Shown here: piece after piece, positions 38,220 to 50,545 of the stretch
Position numbering within the stretch: position 1 is the stretch's first letter
How the letters are laid out: each line of letters starts with the position of its first letter
Assembly (NCBI RefSeq): GCF_030144855.1
Contig: NC_082713.1
Span: 144,956,001 to 145,020,000, forward strand
Source of the DNA: Hypanus sabinus
Taxonomy: Eukaryota
Direction of reading: 5' to 3'
DNA length: 64,000 nucleotides
The notes under the pieces: generated by a model
Told to the model about the DNA's origin: nothing
What the model saw: the letters and a program-made list of their open reading frames with translations, nothing else
Databases searched by the model: none
Program-made: the position numbers and the translations under genes

Positions 38220-38720
38220 TGATGTGCTGAAAATGGAAATTGTTCAAAGGAGGATCATCGAGATGATTCCAGGTTTAAATAGCTTGTCATATTAAGAGCG
38301 TTTGATGGCTGTCGGCCCATATTCACTGGAATTGAGAAGAATGAGGAGTGACCTCATTGAAGTCTGTCAAATGATGAAAGGGCTTGATAGAGTGGATGTG
38401 GAGAGGATGCTTCCTATGGTGGGAGAATTGAAGAGCAGAGGACACAGCCTCAGAATAGAGGGGCGTCCTTTTAGAACAGAGATGAGGAGGAATTTCTTTA
38501 GCCAGAGAGTAGTGAATCTGTGGAATTAATTGCCATAGGCAGCTGTGGAGGCTTAATCTATATGCATATTTAAGGCGAGTTTGATAGATTCTTGATTGGT
38601 CAGGGCATGAAGCGATATGGGGAGAAGGCAGGAGATTGGGGCAAAGGAGAAAATCGATCAACCATGATGAGATGGCAGAGCAGACGCAATAGGCCAAATC
38701 GCCTCCTATACCTTGCAGGT
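38220..38720 (+). mobile_element. CR1 LINE 3' fragment
   Basis: YSLELRRMRSDLIEV...RGHSLR...FFSQRVVNLWN. Confidence 0.85.
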
Positions 38721-39460
38721 TTTATCAAAGCAAAGCTTGAAATGGGACTAAAACTTGGAAGTGTATGAATTGAGAGAAGGCTACCAATAGCAGATGAAAT
38801 TTAACATAGAAGAATGACAAATGTAAACTGTAAAAATAAAGAGAATTGAACGATTTATAAGATCATATGAAATAGGAGCAGTATGAGGCCACATGGTCCA
38901 TCGAGTCAGTTCGGCATTTCATCATCTCTGACTTATTATCCCTCTCAACACCATTCTCCTGCCTTCTCCTCGTAACCTTTCACACATTTAGTAATCAAGA
39001 ACTTAACAATCTCCACTTTAAATATATCCAAAGACTTAGCTCCACAGCCGTCTGTGGCAATGAATTCCACAGATTTCTCTTGCACGGAAATTTATATTAT
39101 CTATTCATTATATCCTGTGAATGTAGCGAATGTGGCTTTAAATTGATCTGGTTCTACTTTTCTGAAAGCTATTGTCAAAATATCACAAGTGCTCTTGTAA
39201 TTATGTTCCACAGTATTGTACACAGCAGTTAGTGCAGCTGTCTCAAGCTGCAGATACACGGGCTTGATCCTGACCTTAGGCACTGTCTACGTGCAGCTAA
39301 CACATTCTCCTCTTCACTACATAGATTGTCAGAGATAACGTTGTACATAGTATTTAATATGAGAAAGAATCTTGCGGATTAGTATTTAATTATCCAGATA
39401 ATGTACTGTCAGTTAACCTCTCTGTCAGGAATAATAATAACACAAAGGAATGTTTCTTAC

Positions 39461-40094
39461 CTGTATCAGTGTCTAGATCATACAAAGCTGATGGCACCAA
39501 TGTTTCAGGGATGTTGGTGCACATCTCCTCCTTTTTGATGCTGATACTGTTTGCAGAGTCCAGTAACGTCACTTTCCCATCTGAAGCAGTAGCTTTCATG
39601 TTCGATTCTTCATGGAACTCAAGAGATTTTTGTCTGCTCTCTAACAAATTAGGAAAACCATTCTGGGTCGAGGGATTATTACTTCCCAAAAGCGGACTTT
39701 GGTGAGAAGTTGCATTACTACTCAGAAGAATAAATTTCTTGGGACCATTACTGCCACTTTCTTTTCCCTTCGCAGTGAGTGCTGCTATGATGCTTTGAAG
39801 ATCAGCGTTTCTCGGAATTAACACGACTTGAGTGTTGGGAATTGAAGGATGGTTTACAATCCTAATCCCTTCTGGAAATTTTTGAATGTCATTGGCTGTG
39901 TTTTTTAGTGATGTTCCCAAAACATCTTTACTTGGGCAGGTACTAGCTGCATCAAAATCTCCAGCCATAGATTTGCATTTGCTCCTAGGACTTTTTTCCT
40001 CAGCAGCATTGTCCTTTGTATCCACAGGGTTACTGAAGGTCAGGGGACGTTTCCTCCGTTTCAGAATCAAGGGCCTCCTCGGACTGGCCTTCAT
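39461..40094 (-). CDS. FOXM1: FOXM1 first coding exon (N-terminal repressor domain)
   Basis: Translates MKASPRRPLILKRRK...GIRIVNHPSIPNTQVVLIP...IIAALTAKGKESGSNGPKKFILLS, matching the FOXM1 N-terminus. Acceptor TTGCAG puts the exon start at 40138. Donor AG|GTAAGA follows 39461 (phase 1). Confidence 0.96.
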
Positions 40095-41079
40095 TCTTAG
40101 TGCAGCAGGAGCTCATTCAGTAATGTACAAGGATGTGCCTGCAACATTATGTTTAGAAATTTTCATTTAATCAAAAATAAAGGTAACAAATCATAGACCA
40201 AATATGACCCATAGTACATTAAGTATACAATTAAATATACATGCCAATGAATGAAAAGTATTTAGACAAGAAAATAACAATACCAAAGGTGATTGGGATC
40301 AGATGTCCACCCTAAAGTTTTGAAGGAAGTCGCTGAGACAACTGCAGATTTCATAGTCTTTCACCATGAGATTTGAATTTGGGACTACTGTACTCTTTTA
40401 AAGTGTGAAGTTAGGCATAGCACTTTGCGGGTGAGAATAGGTAATCAGGGAATTGTTACGGGGAAATATAGTAAGATCTATCATTAAGAATAGAATGACT
40501 GGAAGTTTTCAGTTGATTACAGTCAACTTGGAATTCAAATTTTTATTTTGGAAAGGTGACGAAACCGGTCTTAAGAGACGTTTAAGAAGTCCCTATAAGT
40601 TAAGATCGCAATAGACGATTTGTTAGGGCCAAGCAATATTTAAAAAAGAGAGGAAGGATTTTGAAATTGACAACTGAATGGAAGAAAGTCGAGTTCAGGA
40701 AACGGAAATGGGCGATTACGCTCTTTTTGACAGACATTAAAGGGGATCACGGGTCTGCTCAGTTTCTAGTAAAATATTCTACAAGGTCCCAATACAGTAA
40801 ATGTGCCGCTATCATCAACGACCCCAAGAAACTAAAACTACGCGTGTAGCTTTGCATGAGGTAGCATCTGAACCCAACTTCACCAGCAAAGAACTGCCGC
40901 AGGAAGTGAGCACAGCTGAGCAAAGGAATTGTCGAAGTCCCGCACCAGGACTAATATTGATCGGTTCCTCTGACAGGTTGTCTGTTGAACTGGATTTCAG
41001 TTGGCTTAAGCTAGGAATGTGTCCATTCAGGTGGTCACCTGAATAGTTCAGCGCACATGGTCACATTTATGAACGCGGC

Positions 41080-41720
41080 AGCCTGCAGCAGCACCGCCCG
41101 TGGGCTGGAAGGTCAGATAAGCATCGGTGCGGAAACGGCAGAGCGGGTCGAATACTGTCCGGAATCGGCCGGATGCTCTCTGCGCTCACCTGCATATTAG
41201 CGAGTCCCGCAAAGTGACCTCGACCCTGTCTTAGTTTACGATCGGGGGCATTCCGGCGACGGCGACGGCGGCGGCGTCCCAGCCGGACTGCGTTGTGCGG
41301 GTTCCCGTGCTTTGATCGGGGCCACCCCTCCGGCCTGTGCGCGGTCGCTCTGGCCAGGCCGCCGGACTGCCTCTGGGTTCCTTGTAACAGTTTGCCGGCG
41401 GTTCGATTTTGTTTGAATTTCCAGCGTTCTGCCCCTCGAACCAATGACACGGCGGTTTGAGGGTCAGGTGGGATGCAAACGGCGAATGGGGAAGCCGAAG
41501 CGTCTGGCGCTGGGGGCGTGGTGACGGCCGCGGGCCAATGGGAGAAGGCGGGTTGGTGCAACAGTTACCGGTCAATGGTGGGAGGCGAGGCGAGCGTTTC
41601 GAGCTGCTGAGAAGGTACTGTTTATCCGGGTACGGGCTTTCGATGTTCTGGTAGTCGGAATGTCGTCTGAAAGATGTGCAAAGTTCAGCCAGGAACACGG
41701 GGCAGGGATTGCTGTTAGAT
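41080..41720. promoter_or_regulatory. CpG island / FOXM1-RHNO1 bidirectional promoter
   Basis: Sharp CpG enrichment between two divergent genes. Contains CHR-like TTTGAA (41412-41417), CCAAT boxes (41441-41445, 41535-41539), a GGCGGG box near 41547 and a MYB-like CAGTTA (41562-41567). A candidate RHNO1 exon-1 donor AAG|GTACTG follows 41614. Confidence 0.85.
41190..41400 (-). other. FOXM1: FOXM1 non-coding first exon (5' boundary approximate)
   Basis: GC-rich segment in the CpG island ending in a strong donor CAG|GTGAGC at 41190. The TSS cannot be determined from sequence. Confidence 0.65.
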
Positions 41721-43149
41721 GATTGAACATGGGGGTCGTATGTAGTAGTATTAATACTACTAGGAACTAAAAATGGTGTCCCGGAGGATAGTGTTATATA
41801 CGTGAGTGTTATAAGGGAGAAGAGTAGTATATTGGTGGTCGTAGTAGCTGGGTGAGACAAAAATACTATGGTTACTGGTTAAGAACAACAGCGGGCATAT
41901 TGTGTAGGCCAGCACAATCTAGCAAGGAATAAGAATGTGGATTGTTTAGTGGAAGTAATTCATTCAACTGAGGTAATTCTGTACCGTATAACTCTGTGGA
42001 ACAAACTACTCCTTTTTATTATCAAATAACGATAGACAATTGTAACAACCCGAAATACTTATTTTCCTGTCATTAGAAATAGCTGGAAAGCACCCAATGA
42101 ACTTTTATGAAGTAGCATGGTCCAGAAGAAAACACAATTAAATTGTAAAAAAAAGTGGTTTAATTTTGAGGAGATGAAGTTGCATTCCTTAGCTGGAGGC
42201 ATAATTGGTTGCAACACTTATGAATGTGAGGTCTGTTGAAAACAAAATAAATTAAATGGTAGATTATTGTAATGGGGTAATGTTAAATTCAAGAATTGGG
42301 ATTTTATAAGAAATATTCAACATCTCTTCACAGATTGATGCAGCAAGATATTCGGGGAAAGAAACTGCTGCAGCAATCAATCATCACAATCATTACAAAG
42401 GCACAAATACTACATTTAAAAACAGGTGCATATTTAAAATATCATCAATGTAATGACTGTTGGATCACAAATGAGCTATGTGTGACCTTTTCCTAAAATA
42501 TTTTATAATTTTATTCAAGTTGAAATTCTTTATAATTGGGAAAGGGGATTTTTTTTTATAGTGTCTTTCCATTGAAGTACAAACACTGCTCTCAGATAAA
42601 GTCTTCTGAATTATTCCTCAGATATTTCTTAAAATTTAGAGCAACTTCGATTAAACAAAGGGTTGTATCTATGTGGAATGAGCTGCCAGTTTAAGTGGCG
42701 GAGGCAGGCACAATAATAGCTTTAAAAAAAAGATTAGTACATAGATTGGATAGATTTAGAGTATTGGGCAAATGTTTGGAAACGGGACTAGCTTGGATGG
42801 AGTATTTTGACAGACATGGACCTGTTCCCATGCTGTATGACTAATGTATAGAAACTATTATCCTAAGAACAACTGGTTTAATGTACTGTAGTTTATAATA
42901 TTGAAATTTATACTTAACTGAAAGGGGGAATATATATATATATTCTATTTGCAGTCTAATGTATTGAAGCCTCAGATTTAACATTGTTAGGGCCCGTTAT
43001 GACTAGTTTCTTGGGCTGTTGGCTTTAAAATAATTTTCAGAAAATCTGCTTTCTTTATCTGATTCCACTAGAATGTAACTCTTCAGCTTTGCGAACTAGG
43101 TGTGTCATTCAATTAGATGATGAATCAATTTCAACTTTCAATTACAACT

Positions 43150-45400
43150 TTTGTGAACAACTGGTTTCAAAATCCGGTTTAATATCACTGGCATGTGTTG
43201 TGAAACTTGTTAACTTTGTAGAAGCAGTTCAGTGCAATACGCGTTAATAGAGGGGGAAAGCTGAAATACAGTAAGTATATAAATTAAATAGTTAAAATAA
43301 ATTAGTTCAAAAAATAGAACTATAAAAGTAGTGAGGAAGTGTTCATGGGTTCAATTCAGAAAATGGATGGCAGAGGGAAAGAAGCTGTTCATGAATCATT
43401 GTGTGCCTTTAGGCTTCTGTACCTCCTTCCTGGTGTCAGCAATGAGAAGAGGGCATGCCCTGGGTGATGGGGGTCCTTAATGATGGGCACTGCATCATGA
43501 AGATGCCATGAATACTACCGAGGCTAGTTCCCATGATGGAGCTGATTAATTTAACCATTCAACTAACGGGTATATCTCACTCCTGTACACCCTCTTGTCA
43601 CCATCTGAGATTCTGCCAACAATAGTTGTATCGTCAGCAAATCTATAGATGGTATTTGGGCTGTGCCTGGCCATGCAGTCATGGGTGTAAAGAGAGTAGA
43701 GCAGTAGGGTATGCACACGTTCCTGAGGAGCGCCAGTGTTGATTGTTAGCGAGAAGATGTTATTTCCAATCTGCACAGATTGTGGTATTCCGTTTTGGAA
43801 GTCCAGGATCCAGTTGCAGAGGGAGGTACAGAGGCCCAGGTTTTAGAGCTTTTTGATCAGAACTATAGAAATGATGGTGTTAAATGCTGAGCTTTAGTCA
43901 ACAAACAGCACCCTGACATACGTATTTGTATTGTTCAGGTACTCCAAGGGCACGTGGAGAGCCAATGAGATTGTGTCCACTATTGACCTATTATAGTGGT
44001 AGGCAAATTGCAGTGGGTCCAGGTCTTTGCTGAGGCAGGTGTTGATTCTAGGCATAAATGACTTCTCAAAGCACTGCATTACCATAGATGTGAGTGCTAC
44101 TGGATGATAGACGTTAAGGTGGCTCACTCTAATCTTCTTGGTCTCTGGTAGAATTGTTGCCCTTTTGAAGCAGGTGGGAACTTCCGATTATAGCAATGAG
44201 AGATTAAAAATGTCTTTGTACACCCCTTCTAGTTGGTTGGCGCAAGTTTTCAGAGCCTAACCAGGTACTCTGTCGGCCTGTCACCTTGCAAGTATTCACC
44301 CTCTTGAAAGGCAGCCTGACGCAGCCTCCAAGACACAGGGTCCTAGGGTGCTGCAGGGATTCTTATAGCAGTATTTTTATTCTTCCTTTTAAAGTGAACA
44401 TGAAAGGCATTGAGCTAGTCTGAGAGTGAAGCATCACTGCTATTTGTGATGTTAGGTTTCGCTTTGTAGGAAGTAATGGGCTGCAAACCCTGTCAGAGTT
44501 GACGTGCATCCGATGTTGCTTCCAACCTTGCATGAAATTGTTCAAGCAACACACAAAATGCTGGAGGAACTCAGTAGGCCAGGCAGCATCAATGGAAAGA
44601 TAAGCACAGTTGTTGTTTTGGGCCGAGAACCTCCTTAGCTCTGGAAATAGCCCTCTGCAAGTTGTACTTGGTTTTCTTGCATAGACATGGGTCGCTAGGC
44701 TTGAATGCCACAGCTCTAGCCCTCAGCAGACTATGAACCTCCTAGCTTTTGATTTGGGTATGTACAGCAAGTTCTCGTAGTCACACACTCCTCCACACAG
44801 GTCTTAATGAAGTCAGTGTCAGCTGTGACGTACTCATTCAGACTTGAAGATGAATCCCTGAATACAGTCTAGTCCACCGACTCAGAGTAGTCCTGTAAGT
44901 GGTGCTACACCTCCCTTGTCCATGCCGCCTTGGTCATCACTACTGGTGCTGCAATCTTCAATCTCTGCCTATACTCAGGGGATAGAAGTATAGCCAGGTG
45001 ATCAGACTTTCTGAAGTGTGGGCCTGGAATATCATGGAGAACACTCTTGATTGTGGCTTAACAGTGGTTCGATGTTTTGCTTCCTCTAGTACTACAAGTG
45101 ATTTGCTGGTAATAATTATTTAGAGATTTTTTAAGCTGGTCTGGTTGAAATACCTCAAAATGATGGGAGAAGCATCAAAATGTGCTGTTTCATGTCTGTT
45201 GATCACATTGCTCAGTTTGCCTAGAGTGGGGTTTCCCAACCTGGGGGTCCATGGACCCCTTTCTAAATGGTATTGGCCCATGGCATAAAAAAGGTTGGGA
45301 ACCCCTTGTCTAGAGTCTGCTCCTCATTGGCCTGTGATGGGATGTACACTACTATCAAAATGATCAGTGAAATGAAGAAATCACTGAAAGTAAGTATTGA
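43150..45400 (-). mobile_element. Rex1/Babar-type LINE, degenerate (endonuclease to 3' end, internally deleted)
   Basis: YHPVALTSMVMQCFE; LDPLQFAY; YVRVLFVD; TGAPQ; [11 protein letters not shown]. Confidence 0.85.
45227..45307. mobile_element. hAT-Charlie-type MITE, 81 bp
   Basis: TIRs GGGGTTTCCCAACCT / AGGTTGGGAACCCC and an 8-bp TSD GCCTAGAG/GTCTAGAG (NTCTAGAN consensus). A truncated relative lies at about 58689-58745. Confidence 0.8.
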
Positions 45401-45804
45401 GATCCTTGAATATTTAGGATAAACAGATCCAGTTGAGGCTCTGTTTATCCCAATGGCTGCAGAACTTTTCAGATAATCAATGTGAAGATTGGAGCACAGG
45501 TAGGGAATGGCTTCCTCATGAATTTAGCTTGATTTCTTTAGATTATTGTCTGTCATTCTGAATTCAGCCACTAGAGGAAGCAGTTTTTCTATCAAAAGGA
45601 AAATCTTAAAAGATCCACTTTTCAACTTCCAACACGGAGTCTAGAACATCCAAATAAACTTGCAGAGCTTATTTTCACAATTTAACTCTCAGCCTGAATA
45701 TACCGCTGAAACTGCACTGTATTCTCCCAAAAGATGATCATTTTTTTCGAGATGCACAAAGCTATAAATTCAGATTGTGCTCTGTTTGGATTTTGTACAT
45801 CTGA

Positions 45805-46480
45805 AACAGAACATAGAACAGTACAGCACAGAACCCACAATGATGTGCTGAACCGATTAAATTAGTAATCTAATGACCAGCTAAAGTAATTCCTTCTGCC
45901 TACACAATGTCCATATCATTCCATTTCTCTCTCATTCATGTGCCTATCTAAAAGTCTCTTAAAAATCCCTAATGTATTTTCCTCTACCATCATTCCAGGC
46001 ACCCACTACTCTGTGTTTATATTTAAAAAGAAATCAATGCCCCTCACATCTCCTTTGAACCTACCCCTTCTCACCTTAAATGCATGTCCTCTGGTAAACA
46101 TTTCAAACCTGGGAAAGATAGACTGCCTCTCTTTTCTAACTACCCCTCTCAAAATCTTATAAAACTCTAATAAATCCCCTCAGCCTCTGCTGCCCAGAGA
46201 AAATAACCCAAGTCTGTCGAACCTATCATTATAGAACATGCTCTTTAAACCAGGCGCATCCTGATAAACCTCTACCTGCAGCCTCTCCAAAGCCTCAACA
46301 TCCTTCCTATAGTGGGGTGACCAGAACTGTATGCATGCTCCAGATGTGGCCTAACTAGTTTTATAAAGCTGCAACATAACTTCCTAACTTTTGAAGTCAG
46401 TCCCTCTGATTAAGCATGCCATATGCCTTCTTAACCACCCTGTCAACCTGGATAGCCACTTTCAGGGAGCTATTGCATTT
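45805..46480 (-). mobile_element. CR1 LINE 3' fragment
   Basis: Same family and tail as 14570-15200. Confidence 0.8.
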
Positions 46481-47957
46481 TGGTTTTGTCCCAACACCTT
46501 TTCAGATAATGGTCAATAATCCATTGGACTTGGTTACTTTGGTTTTGCACCTTTTCTCTAAATTTTAATGTGTTTCTCGTCTTTGTTTATGCCATTCACT
46601 TCAATGAGTAGGTGAAGTAACTTCTTCCAGAATTTTGGGAATGAGTGAAACAGCATGAAAGTGGGCACTTTGGCCCACGATATCCGTGCTGGCCAACAAG
46701 TATGTATCCTTTCTAATTCAATTTGATGTTGATCTTTTATCACCTCTGGAATTCGGCTTTTGGGTTTGTCTTTGAACCAACACTGATGAGGTCTGGACCT
46801 GAATAACCTGGATGAAATTCGAACTGGGCGTCAGTGACCATGTTTTGGAAAGAAAATGCTTCTTGATAACCCCATTGGTGAAATTTCTTCTCTTTATTGA
46901 GAGCAGATCACATAAGAATGCTTGATTTAGAGAGCACAAAAATAAGCTCAATGTGTCCATGCTGACCATCAATTGCCTAACCATACTGACTCCACTTTCC
47001 AACATTTGGCTGGTAGACTTCAAATGCTTCAAATGCTTAGTTAAATATTGAAGTAATTTTTGATGACTTGCCTCATCACCCCTTCAGATACTGTATTCCA
47101 GATTCCAATTACTCACTGACTGGAAAAAGTTCTCTCTCAAATTTTCTCAAAATCTGCATTTTTAAATAGAATTTTAATCTATAAAGTTGTCCAATTTCTT
47201 GCTCTTAAATTCAGATGTATTAAATAATTAAGTTTTACAGTGTGGACAATTTCTTTCAAATTTTAAAAATTGGATTAAAAGGAAAGACCATAATAAACTC
47301 CAAATGTTTATTCCCTTCTCAAATGTCACTGCAGTTACTTGCCTAAACTACTCCAACGTTATCCTGACTTGAAAATAATGTTCCATTATTGGGTTTAAAT
47401 CCTGAAGCTCTCTCCACAACAGCATTGTGGGTGTACCTTTACTTCAAAGACTGTTCAAGGAAGTGGCTCATCACCAAATTATGGAGGATATTTGAGGCTG
47501 GCTTTGCCAGTGGCAATCAGATCCTGTAAAAAAAAATAAATAATGTATTCCTTATCCAAAATGAGCACTACTCCTATGAATAGGCAAACAATAATGGAAA
47601 TAGCATTGGGATTAATTGATAGCTTTGTCTATCTACTGATAACAGCCCTTATTTGCCTTGTGTTAATTCAGTCAAATTAGAACTACTGATTGTGGAGATT
47701 TATCCACCATTTGATTCACTAGTCAGTTTCACTCTAATTGCTTTTGTCTGAGTTGGAACGTGTGGATTTAAGCCATCACTTTAGTGACACTTTAAGAATA
47801 CGGTGTTAAAACAAGGTTTCATTTGCCAGTTTAGATAAGCTGATGGTAGAGTCTGCAGAATGACAGGGAATTCTCTCTTTTTTTTGGCAACCCTTCTTGC
47901 ATCAAATACTACTTGACGACGAACATTGTTGCTGTTTGTGGGATAGTGCCTTTTGTA

Positions 47958-48735
47958 ATTCAAAGGTATAAGTTGATGTCAGAGAAATGTATACATCCTG
48001 AAATGCTTTTTCTTGCCCCAAAGAATGAACAACAATTAAATGTCCCCACCCCCAACTCCCCCCCCCCCCCCCGCACGTAAGCAGCAGCCAGCAATAATCC
48101 CCACTTCTCGACCCACCCCCCGGCAAAAAACAGCAAGCATCGGCACCGCCACCGAGCGCTCAAGCGTCCACAAAGTGATAGCAAAAACAGAGACTTGCGG
48201 TTACCCCAAAGACTTCATGTTTCACCCGGTATTTGACCTACCACAGGTTCTAGCTCTCTCTCTCTCTCCCTATTAAAGGAGAAAGAGGTGTCTCCATTTT
48301 CCCAGCGAGCAGAGAGACATAACAAACAACTCACTTATGACATTAGAAGTCCGTTACATCGCTTTTTTTCAAACTCTGTGCCTGAAGATCGCAAAGATCC
48401 TGGGTCTCCAGGCAGACAGCAGGTATCCCGACTCCCCCAACAGCACACGGGACTCCTGTCGTGACACCGACCCTCGATCCGCCCGTCTCCAGAGCCCCGA
48501 GATCCTAGGCGTCCGAATTCGAGCCGGACTCTTGGGCTGAGCCTTTAGTGTTCCGAACAATGACTAGTTGGGTCCCATTCTCACAAAGAACCATAGTCAG
48601 CGTGTAACTCCGGATCAGGGTCTTCAAAAGAACCCTTAAAGGGAAAAATAGAGATATCAAAGATGGAAATAGAGCTGTTTCCGAAGATGCAAGCAAAGGA
48701 GTCGCCGTTAGATGCCAGTAACCCTCCTAAGCTTT
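47958..48735 (-). mobile_element. GC/CpG-rich non-autonomous retroelement with LINE-like tail
   Basis: CpG-rich island in an AT-rich intron. The minus-strand 3' end is ...CTGACATCAACTTATACCTTTGAA. No credible protein. Confidence 0.5.
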
Positions 48736-48924
48736 GCCTTCTTTACTGTTGATAAAAGCAAAATATCTGACATCTATCTGCCTTGATGCTGTTGTCAATT
48801 ACAATTTGGCAGACATTTATAACTTAAGATGAAACCAGAGGTCCATGAGCTGGTCCTTATCAGGTTCAGAGATGGAAAGGGACAGCATTCCTCATTGCAG
48901 AGGACCTGATAAGTGTCCTTATCA

Positions 48925-49575
48925 TGTAAGTGCAATTTTGTAGAAAGCATGGCAGCCCCTCTACTTCCTTGGATGTTTGCAAAGATTTGGCATTACATCT
49001 AAAACTTTCACAAACTTCCATAGATGTGCAGTGGAGAGTATATTGACTGGCTCCAGCAGAGCCTGGCATGGAAACACCAATGAACTTGATCAGAAAATTC
49101 TACAAAGAGTAGTGGATATGGCCCAGACCATCTTGGGTAAAGCCCTCTCCATTCATCTACATGGAGCATTGTCACAATAAAGCAGCATCCATAATCAGGG
49201 ACTCCCACCACCCAGGTCATGCTCTCTTCTTGCTGCTGCCGTCAGGAAGGAGGTACAGCAACCTTGGGTTTTGTCCCTTGAACCAGAGGGGATAATTTCA
49301 TTCACTACAACACTGAACCGTTCTCACAATCTATGGACTCACTTTCAAAGACACTTTATCTCATGTTCTCAATATTTATTGCTATTATTTATTGCTATAT
49401 TTATTGCTCAATATTTATTATCTATTTTTTCTTTTGTATTTGCAATTTGTTGTCTTTTGCACACTGGTTGCCCGGCAGTCTTCATTGACTCTATTATGAT
49501 TATTGGATATGTGCACAAGAAAATGAATCTCAGTTGTATATGTATTTGATAATAAATTTACTTTGAATTTTGTCT
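48925..49575 (+). mobile_element. Rex1/Babar-type LINE 3' fragment
   Basis: TNFHRCAVESILTG; LQRVVDMAQ; tail AATAAATTTACTTTGAA. Confidence 0.8.
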
Positions 49576-49914
49576 TTTGGGTTCATGAAGGGTGGTACAA
49601 TTTTATTCTCTTGAAGTTGACTGTTACAATAATTTTGTGCATGTGTGTGTATTAAAATGAGGCAACCAAATTGTTCTATTAACTCGAGTATATTCACTCT
49701 GCAAATCCTTTCTCCCAAATATTATATTATTCTCTTTTTTAGTTGAAATATACAGAGACCAAAGATATTGGTGTCATATTTATCTATATTGCTTAGCTAC
49801 TTAACCTAATAAACTACGATAGGAAACACAGTTTATTGTTAAATAACCATTTAACTTTTTCTTCTTCTCCCCCCCCCCCCCTTTCAATACTGAGACCAAG
49901 ATGTTGGGTGCTTG

Positions 49915-50079
49915 ATGCCCCGTAAAAAGAAGCTCAGCCAATCCAAGAAACCAGCCTTGCTGTTCCTGGAGAGTCCACTAAAGAAAGAAAAGTACAAGGA
50001 AGTCTCGTCTCTACCATCTGCAGTAAACCCCCGCCAAGTTTCCTGTATACCTGTTGACCAGAGATCTGCATTCACGTGG
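49915..50079 (+). CDS. RHNO1: RHNO1 (RAD9-HUS1-RAD1 interacting nuclear orphan 1) first coding exon
   Basis: MPRKKK...KPALLFLESPL...RQVSCIPVDQRSAFTW resembles the RHINO N-terminus. A long polypyrimidine tract lies upstream and the donor is TGG|GTGTGT (phase 0). Synteny with FOXM1 supports the call. Confidence 0.9.
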
Positions 50080-50545
50080 GTGTGTCATATTTGTACCTTT
50101 TGTTCTCTTATTTGAAGGATTTATTAACTTTCTTCCATTATGCCAAAATTCCCTAAGCAATTTTAAATGTTATGATAAAGTACATGCTTAATGTTAGATT
50201 GTAAGTAGTGTAATTATTACAAATTGTTGAACTATTTTTCCTCTTTGTGGTCAGATCCATATAATCATATACTCCGCAAGACTCATTGCTGGCTCTATGA
50301 CTGTATTTGAAAAAAAAAATACAGCTAATTTGCTGCGCCTTTCAAAATAATATATTGTTGGCATGTGGACAATTAAGTAATTTCATTCTCACCACCCAAC
50401 CACCTTCATTAAACCTGTTGCAAAATATTTGATTTTGAAGACTCTGTTGGGTGGATTTGATTGCTGTGATAGTCGTGTAAGATAATGCCAACTGTTTGGA
50501 TTTTTGTTACTGTTTAGTTATTTTTCTTGCCTTCATTTCCCCCAG

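Noticed and set aside
41067-41860. Long ORFs (164 and 209 aa) across the CpG island
   Set aside because: High GC content suppresses stop codons, the starts are non-ATG, there is no recognisable protein, and they overlap the promoter and UTR exons.
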